From contig OY776328.1 of NCBI GenBank assembly GCA_963675515.1, forward strand, positions 1,230,001-1,262,000: a stretch of 32,000 nucleotides of DNA. The letters run 5' to 3'. The first letter of the stretch is position 1. The number at the start of each line of letters is the position of its first letter. The notes under the pieces are model-generated. The model worked only from the letters and a program-made list of their open reading frames with translations. It had not been told where the DNA came from and did not search any database. This DNA is from Coprobacillaceae bacterium. GTDB lineage: Bacteria > Bacillota_I > Bacilli_A > Erysipelotrichales > Coprobacillaceae. Shown here in pieces: positions 26,668 through 32,000 of this stretch. The translations under genes were made by a program, and so were the position numbers.

Positions 26668-27213
26668 TTACATTAGTATTGAATTCAATATTATTGCCAA
26701 TATAGATAAGCACGAACCGGTGGCAGCATATGCGAAATAGCTACTCTGTAAAGCAAACAATATGAAGATAGTTGAAGTGTTTATTGAATACAGAAACACA
26801 ATATTTCGAAGATCTTTTCTCTTAAAAGTCCTCTTATGAGAGTTAACATTTATGAGGACAAATAGAGAAAGAGCCAGTAAGTAGGCCAAGACATACATAA
26901 AACTTGAAGAGGTAATTGAACTTAGTATCATCCCAATCATCCAAATACCAACACCTAACAAATAACATTTTAACGGAGTTTTAGCATGATATCCTTCATT
27001 GTAGGTCCTGAAGACTAGAAAACATGCCAGCATTACAAGTGACTCGAAAAATCTACCGCTAATTACTGAAATAATTAAATAATTAACTGAATTTAAAAAA
27101 AATATTACTATGGCGGATAGAGCATATTCTATCTGCTGCTTTTTGTAATCGTCTTCAATACAATTTTTTTGGCATATCAATTTGGAAATAATGGATACAA
27201 ATTTGGTTAACAT
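26668..27213 (-). CDS. agrB: AgrB-family autoinducing-peptide processing membrane peptidase
   Basis: 181 aa polytopic membrane protein. FRTYNEGYHAKTPLKCYLLG aligns with the S. aureus AgrB catalytic segment RRHAHGAHAPSSFWCY, with R, G, H, A, C and Y conserved. Confidence 0.8.
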   Translation of the reverse strand: MLTKFVSIISKLICQKNCIEDDYKKQQIEYALSAIVIFFLNSVNYLIISVISGRFFESLVMLACFLVFRTYNEGYHAKTPLKCYLLGVGIWMIGMILSSITSSSFMYVLAYLLALSLFVLINVNSHKRTFKRKDLRNIVFLYSINTSTIFILFALQSSYFAYAATGSCLSILAIILNSILM

Positions 27214-27214
27214 G

Positions 27215-28552
27215 CTACACCTCGTTGTTATAAATATAGATCTTTTTGTCTTGAGGGTTTACCGTTGGAATCAAAATGGTTATTCTAAATGCCATGTCTG
27301 TATAGTTAACATTCATCAGTCCATCATATTTATTAACGATTTTCTTAATGTTTTTCAAACCGTAACCGTGATTAGTACCACCTTTTCTTGAAAGGATATT
27401 TGTGTTATCCAGCTTGATTTCACCATCGAATGTATTCTCACATATAATCCTAATCATTTTATTTGGTAGTAAGGTTATTGATAAGCTGATTCTTTTATCA
27501 TCAGTCTTCTGAACAGCCTCTAAGGCATTAGAAGTAATATTTCCAAATAAAGAGCATAGATCAAAGTTCTCGATATATGATATATCTGGAACTTCTAATT
27601 CAATGTTAACTGGAACGTTCAAGGAATTACTTTTGCTGATAAAGTCACTGATTGTTGAGTCGAGGTAAATGTTTCCTGTATTTACAATGATAATTTTATT
27701 ATCCAGATCATAACCGATATTCTTAATATAGTCACCCAATTGAGTATATGACTTATTTGAGACGAGGTGGCCAAGTGTGTTGAGATGGAATTTTATGTCA
27801 TGTTTCCAGCCTTTAAGGTGATTATATGACCTAATGGTTCTGTCATAGAGTTCAGTTTTTAGTTCATTTTCTTTTAATAAAATGTCATATTGGTATTTTC
27901 TTGTTAGCGTGGATATTAAAATTCTTGTTTGAATAAAAGATATTATATTTATTGAAAAAAGTGTTATTGCAACTACTAGCATATAAATATTGCTTGATCC
28001 TACTATAAGATAATGCCTTAAGATAAATATCATCGATATTATTGACGATAACGGAATAAGTATGTATACGTATATGTGTTTACTATTGTTTTCAAAACTA
28101 TCTTTGCTTAATTTTTTATTATATATAAATGAAGTTGAAAAAATTAATAGAAATATCAATATTCTAGTTACAAACATTAATGTAATTCTAATGTTGTTGT
28201 CGGAAACTAAGTGATCAACTTTGATATTTAGATAGGATGTGACGATTGATATGGTAAATAATTCAGATAGGTTAAAAATGAAAAATACCAGTAAGGGAAT
28301 TAATAATTTCAAGACATAATTATCTTTAAAAAATAAGAAACTGTATAAAATGTAAATCAAAAATATAACAATAGTTATATTAGAATTGTAGTTCCCTATT
28401 GTAAATATCGTTAGTATGAAAAATGCAACAGTAAAAGTCATCGCACTTATTATCTTTATGTTTATATCCTTGGTTATCAATGTTGAATTTATAGCATAGA
28501 GTGCAATAATTACATCTATACAATTAATAAATAATTCAAAAGCCAAATACAT
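27215..28552 (-). CDS. AgrC-like (HPK10) sensor histidine kinase
   Basis: About 200 aa of multiple TM helices. H-box: GWKHDIKFHLNTLGHL. N box: GNITSNALEA. G box: GYGLKNIKKIVNKYDG. It sits between a LytTR regulator gene and agrB. Confidence 0.85.
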   Translation of the reverse strand: MYLAFELFINCIDVIIALYAINSTLITKDINIKIISAMTFTVAFFILTIFTIGNYNSNITIVIFLIYILYSFLFFKDNYVLKLLIPLLVFFIFNLSELFTISIVTSYLNIKVDHLVSDNNIRITLMFVTRILIFLLIFSTSFIYNKKLSKDSFENNSKHIYVYILIPLSSIISMIFILRHYLIVGSSNIYMLVVAITLFSINIISFIQTRILISTLTRKYQYDILLKENELKTELYDRTIRSYNHLKGWKHDIKFHLNTLGHLVSNKSYTQLGDYIKNIGYDLDNKIIIVNTGNIYLDSTISDFISKSNSLNVPVNIELEVPDISYIENFDLCSLFGNITSNALEAVQKTDDKRISLSITLLPNKMIRIICENTFDGEIKLDNTNILSRKGGTNHGYGLKNIKKIVNKYDGLMNVNYTDMAFRITILIPTVNPQDKKIYIYNNEV

Positions 28553-28557
28553 GTGTT

Positions 28558-29265
28558 TTATCCTCCAAAAAGTTCTAGAAGTAGAACTTTTACTTCTTTC
28601 ATTTTTGATCTGCTAACCGGAATAAAATCGCCGTTGTTGAGTTGAATATATGGACCGTTAAAAGAACGGATCATATTCAGGTTTATAATATAAGATCTAT
28701 GAACTCTGTACATGTCATGGTTTGAGAGCAATATTTCCATTTGCGATATGGATATATTAATAATTTTTTCTTCACCAACCATGTGGAAAATGCATGAATG
28801 TTTATCGGACTCTATATATATTAAAGATCGGGTGTCAATAATGTAGTAGCCATTATACGCTTTGAAACTAATCATTCTTCCAACATCTTTTTTAATTTGC
28901 TGCTCGATTTTACATAATGTTTGAGTGAATCTGTTCGAATTTACTGGTTTCAATATGTAGTCTAATGCAGAAACTTCATAGCCGTTAATTGCGTATTGAT
29001 TATGCGATGTAATAAAACAAATAATGATATTTTTATTCATTTTTCTAAGTTGCTTTGCAAACTCAATTCCGGAAATTTCAGGGATTTCTATATCTATTAG
29101 CGCTACATCACAAGAAATGATATTTTCGGGAATATCATATGTTACTTTATTTGATATCAGATAATCCACGAAAATGTCAGTTTTTATGGACCAGTTTTTA
29201 ATGATTTTAGTTAATTTGTTAAGATCATTACTTGAATCCTCTGCTATAAAGAATTTTATTTTCAT
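28558..29265 (-). CDS. AgrA-like response regulator with LytTR DNA-binding domain
   Basis: Receiver domain (FIAEDS...ALIDIEIPEISG...LKP) plus LytTR (SFKAYNGYYIIDTRSLIYIESDKHSCIFH...MYRVHRSYIINLNMI). Confidence 0.9.
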   Translation of the reverse strand: MKIKFFIAEDSSNDLNKLTKIIKNWSIKTDIFVDYLISNKVTYDIPENIISCDVALIDIEIPEISGIEFAKQLRKMNKNIIICFITSHNQYAINGYEVSALDYILKPVNSNRFTQTLCKIEQQIKKDVGRMISFKAYNGYYIIDTRSLIYIESDKHSCIFHMVGEEKIINISISQMEILLSNHDMYRVHRSYIINLNMIRSFNGPYIQLNNGDFIPVSRSKMKEVKVLLLELFGG

Positions 29266-29651
29266 AAGTATATTAGCCCCCTCAAAATGCCATAAATATC
29301 ATAATAACAACTTAGATGATAAATACATAACTACATCTTTGATGTAAATATATTAGGTATTATATCACACTGTTGGTTTGAATGTAAGCTTAAGTACACA
29401 ATTGTATAGTGTACGAATAATGATTGTTAATAAATTTACAAAATGTAGTTTGATTTTAGAAAATTCAAATGTCAATTATATGATTAATTCGCTATTCTAT
29501 TAACTCCTAATATTGAAAGTGAGTAACTATTGAGTTTTTTTATGTCTGTGCCTTATTTACAAATCTTGAATTTATCGCATAGTTATTGTTTATGGAATAT
29601 ATTTTTCTTTAAGCGGAATATTGCTTTTGTAGGTCACACTAATACTTATTT

Positions 29652-29690
29652 CAGTTATCTGTGCAAAAATACTGCAGTTGATGCAAAAAG
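29652..29690 (+). promoter_or_regulatory. Imperfect direct repeat CAGTTatcTGTGCAAAAA / CAGTTgaTGCAAAAA; candidate LytTR (AgrA-type) binding boxes
   Basis: Two CAGTT-containing units lie 23 nt apart start to start, 60-95 nt upstream of the agrD-like ATG. AgrA boxes are 9-bp ACAGTTAAG-type direct repeats with 12-13 nt spacers. Confidence 0.45.
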
Positions 29691-29747
29691 ATGGATTAAA
29701 TAAATTAAAATTGTTTTAATTTCATCATAGTATAGAGGAGGGCATAT

Positions 29748-29867
29748 ATGAATTCGAGCAAATTGGTCAAGACGCTAGTAAAGATTTCTGATATTTCAAG
29801 CGGAATCACTTGTTGGGGAGTATTTTATCAGCCTAAATCTCCCAAAAAGATAAAAGTAAGTAGATAA
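29748..29867 (+). CDS. agrD: AgrD-like autoinducing-peptide precursor (39 aa); not in the ORF track
   Basis: ATG is 7 nt after AGAGGAGGG. Product MNSSKLVKTLVKISDISSGITCWGVFYQPKSPKKIKVSR*. It has an amphipathic leader, a single Cys followed by four residues (CWGVF, ring-sized), then YQPKSPK. This resembles the clostridial AgrD tail (C-LWFT-HQPEEPK in C. perfringens, from memory). Confidence 0.6.
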   Translation: MNSSKLVKTLVKISDISSGITCWGVFYQPKSPKKIKVSR

Positions 29868-29927
29868 ACTTGATAATTTCGTTGAATTATTCAGTTAAAT
29901 ATTTAATGTGGAAAGGGGGTGAATTGT

Positions 29928-30062
29928 GTGGAAGAAGCAAAAATGTTTAATGCTAACTTGGGTGTATGTGTTGCTTCACCTGAATTGGCTTTAACAGGTT
30001 ATATTGCTGGGATGGAAGCGTTAACTCTTATTTGTAGCTTTGCGGCTCTATTATTAGGGTAA
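29928..30062 (+). CDS. Small hydrophobic precursor peptide (44 aa), candidate substrate of the downstream radical-SAM enzyme; not in the ORF track
   Basis: GTG 29928 is 8 nt after AAAGGGGG. Product (M)EEAKMFNANLGVCVASPELALTGYIAGMEALTLICSFAALLLG*. It has a short polar leader, a hydrophobic core with 2 Cys and a C-terminal Gly, and lies about 200 nt upstream of the rSAM gene. Confidence 0.55.
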   Translation: MEEAKMFNANLGVCVASPELALTGYIAGMEALTLICSFAALLLG

Positions 30063-30081
30063 TGAAAATCTAGCTTTTCCT

Positions 30082-30127
30082 AAATAACGATAGAGAGTAT
30101 TTAAATAGCTGCTTTCTATCGTTATTT
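30082..30127 (+). terminator. 13-bp perfect hairpin between precursor gene and rSAM gene (attenuator/terminator candidate)
   Basis: AAATAACGATAGA (30082-30094) pairs with TCTATCGTTATTT (30115-30127) around a 20-nt loop. The stem is AT-rich and ends in TTATTT. Confidence 0.45.
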
Positions 30128-30259
30128 CATGTATGCAATAGGATAGTTAAGGGAATAATCAATAGTAACACAAATTTACAGTACGATTGCGAAAATAAAT
30201 ATAAAAATTGGTGAATATGATATTTATTAATATAATATATTAAAATAGAGGGAGTATAT

Positions 30260-31570
30260 ATGGATAATTATATTTGCTTAAGAGACAAAAGCTACCTAAA
30301 AAGAAAACCTATCGGTATGTATTTTTCGGCAGTCAACAATGACGTCAGAGTCGAAGTTGGATTAAACGAGAGTGCGGAATCAATTATAAGCTGTTTAACT
30401 GGGGAAATGAGAATACATGACATAGTGGTCAAATTAGCTGAAAAATTTAACGATAGTCATGAGAAAGTTGATAAAATAGTGCGTGAATTTATTGATGTAC
30501 TTGATGTCAGCAATCAGCTAGAATATTTTAGTTCTCCTATTTTTAGAAAAGTTTTAGTTAAAGGTAGTGAAGAATATTATGTTCCAGAGGTAGCAGTGTT
30601 AGAGTTGACACACAACTGCCCTTTAAAATGCAAACATTGTTATTTGGATGCGGGGATAGGTCCTAGTATGGATAGGTTGAAATTACTTGAGTTAATTAAT
30701 ACTTTTTCTGAATACGGTGTCCAGTGTATTCAATTGACTGGTGGGGAACCCTTCTTATACCCGTTTATTGAAGAAATAATTGACTTGTTGATACTTGAAA
30801 ATATTAAAATACAAATAACTACGAGTGGTTTTATTTTTAACGAAAAAGTGTCTAGAATACTTGATAAAATTTCCAATAGAGGAAGTTTGGTTCAAATTAG
30901 TATTGATGGATTGGAAAATAGTCATAATAAGATACGTGGGAATGACAAGGCGTATGAAAAAGCCCTGTACTTTCTTAATGAGTGCTCCTTAAGGAAAATT
31001 ACAACCGTTGCTGCCACATGTGTTGTCAGTCAGGAATTTGAGGAAATAGAGCTTTTAACTATTAAACTTAAAAAAATGGGGGTATCATTACATAGGATAG
31101 GCCGTATATCGGATCAAGGGAGGGCTAAATCCAATAATATTTCATCGCAAATGTCGGGTGACCTTCTGAACAATTTAATAGATACTTTGAAAAACAAATA
31201 CAATGATGACAGTTATAGAATCGGAGGTTTTGAAGATATTGATTGTGAGAAAGAATACAATTGTGGAGCGGGCTATAATTTAATAAATATTTCCCCGACA
31301 TTTAAAATTTCTCCTTGTCCGATGATGAATATTTGTATAGGTAATCTTGCTGAGGAAGATTTTGAGAGTGTTATCAGGCGAAATAGTTCAGTTTTTGTGA
31401 ACTTAAGACGACCATTCGATGATATATGTAAAGGTTGTGAACGTGAATATGATTGTAAAAATTGTATTGCTGAGGCGTATACTAATAAAGATGGGGTTAA
31501 TCATTGTGGGTGGTATAATGACGAATTTAAAAGTGTAGAAAAAGAATTCAGTTCGAGTTTTAATAATTGA
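30260..31570 (+). CDS. Radical SAM / SPASM-domain peptide maturase with N-terminal PqqD-like RRE (sactisynthase-like)
   Basis: CPLKCKHCY is the CxxxCxxC motif. GGEPFLY is the SAM-binding motif. The N-terminal ~90 aa (SAESIISCLTGEMRIHDIVVKLAEKF...VREFIDVL) are RRE-like. C-terminal Cys clusters (CGAG...CPMM...CKGCEREYDCKNC...HCGW) are typical of SPASM auxiliary Fe-S domains. Confidence 0.85.
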   Translation: MDNYICLRDKSYLKRKPIGMYFSAVNNDVRVEVGLNESAESIISCLTGEMRIHDIVVKLAEKFNDSHEKVDKIVREFIDVLDVSNQLEYFSSPIFRKVLVKGSEEYYVPEVAVLELTHNCPLKCKHCYLDAGIGPSMDRLKLLELINTFSEYGVQCIQLTGGEPFLYPFIEEIIDLLILENIKIQITTSGFIFNEKVSRILDKISNRGSLVQISIDGLENSHNKIRGNDKAYEKALYFLNECSLRKITTVAATCVVSQEFEEIELLTIKLKKMGVSLHRIGRISDQGRAKSNNISSQMSGDLLNNLIDTLKNKYNDDSYRIGGFEDIDCEKEYNCGAGYNLINISPTFKISPCPMMNICIGNLAEEDFESVIRRNSSVFVNLRRPFDDICKGCEREYDCKNCIAEAYTNKDGVNHCGWYNDEFKSVEKEFSSSFNN

Positions 31571-31679
31571 ATTATTTTTTCCTTTTTATGTATTTCTATC
31601 ATTTCAAGAGGCTGTTTTTGTGATCGCTATTAGATTAAATAAGTTTATTTGAAGGGATTGTACAAGTTAGGAGATTATT

Positions 31680-32000
31680 ATGATTAAATTAAATAATATA
31701 GAATTTAGTTACGGTAGGAATGTGGTATTAAGTGATTTTTCTTTGGAAATCCCAAAGAAAAATGTAGTAAGTATTTTGGGACATAATGGTGCGGGTAAGA
31801 CAACAATTGCAAAGTTGATAGCAGGATCACTATTGCCAGGGAAGGGAAGTGTGTATAATGGAATTGAACCTAAAAACATATTCTTTTTCTCGAACAAAGG
31901 AAATGTATACGCCAACATGTCTCTAGAAGAAAACATTAAATTTCTAAGAATGTTGAAAGGAATAAACAGAGATGACACAATAATCAATGAAAGAGTCGGG
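31680..32000 (+). CDS. ABC transporter ATP-binding protein, 5' part (runs off the window)
   Basis: ATG after AGGAGA. Product MIKLNNIEFSYGRNVVLSDFSLEIPKKNVVSILGHNGAGKTTIAKLIAG..., with a Walker A motif. The frame is open to the window end. Confidence 0.8.
   Translation, partial: MIKLNNIEFSYGRNVVLSDFSLEIPKKNVVSILGHNGAGKTTIAKLIAGSLLPGKGSVYNGIEPKNIFFFSNKGNVYANMSLEENIKFLRMLKGINRDDTIINERVG

Noticed and set aside
29542-29703. 53-aa ORF (MSVPYLQILNLSHSYCLWNIFFF...) in the agr divergent intergenic region
   Set aside because: It has no Shine-Dalgarno sequence, overlaps the putative LytTR boxes and promoter, and has AT-driven composition. It is most likely non-coding.
29701-29725. AAATTAAAATTG in the agr intergenic region, resembling the reverse complement of the island repeat
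   Set aside because: Only about 10 nt match (AAATTAAAAT) and the GC-containing half (TATCGYACTA) is absent. This is expected by chance in AT-rich intergenic DNA.
1-32000. CRISPR arrays, tRNA or rRNA genes
   Set aside because: I saw no regularly spaced 25-40-nt repeats with unique spacers and no cloverleaf-like or rRNA-like segments. The only short repeat family, the 21-nt island repeat, is separated by kilobase-sized coding units, not spacers.

Overview
Low-GC, Firmicutes-like accessory DNA in three blocks. All homology calls come from reading motifs by eye; no searches were run.

(1) 1-20 kb is a broken-up type I restriction-modification locus. It holds a decayed half-hsdS at 9.1-9.8 kb and an intact hsdR at 16.9-20.0 kb, with no hsdM in the window. 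Around and between them sit unrelated defence- or toxin-like genes: a 1,934-aa STAND/NACHT-like NTPase with an N-terminal Cap4/DUF4297-like nuclease domain, an ADP-ribosyltransferase-like protein, a GNAT, a GIY-YIG protein and several unknowns. An intact IS3-family element and an IS1595-family element are also inserted here. The most unusual signal is a 21-nt direct repeat, TAGTRCGATAAATTTTAATTT. It lies at the 5' side of almost every gene unit in this block and nowhere else in the window, and one copy reads in frame into the hsdS remnant. This suggests a cassette array or a shared operator.

(2) 20.2-24.7 kb is a BceRS-BceAB-type peptide-antibiotic sensing and detoxification module. It has a textbook TNACA-N4-TGTAA regulator box and a frameshifted permease. 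An IS21/IS256 graveyard follows at 24.97-26.65 kb.

(3) 26.7-32 kb is an agr-like quorum-sensing locus with atypical layout. The LytTR regulator, HPK10 kinase and AgrB are on the minus strand. Diverging from them is an unannotated 39-aa AgrD-like peptide gene, an unannotated 44-aa hydrophobic precursor peptide, a radical-SAM/SPASM maturase and an ABC transporter. Together these look like a quorum-regulated sactipeptide-like RiPP cluster.

Several genes carry in-frame stops or frameshifts: hsdS, the 10479-10910 gene and the Bce permease.
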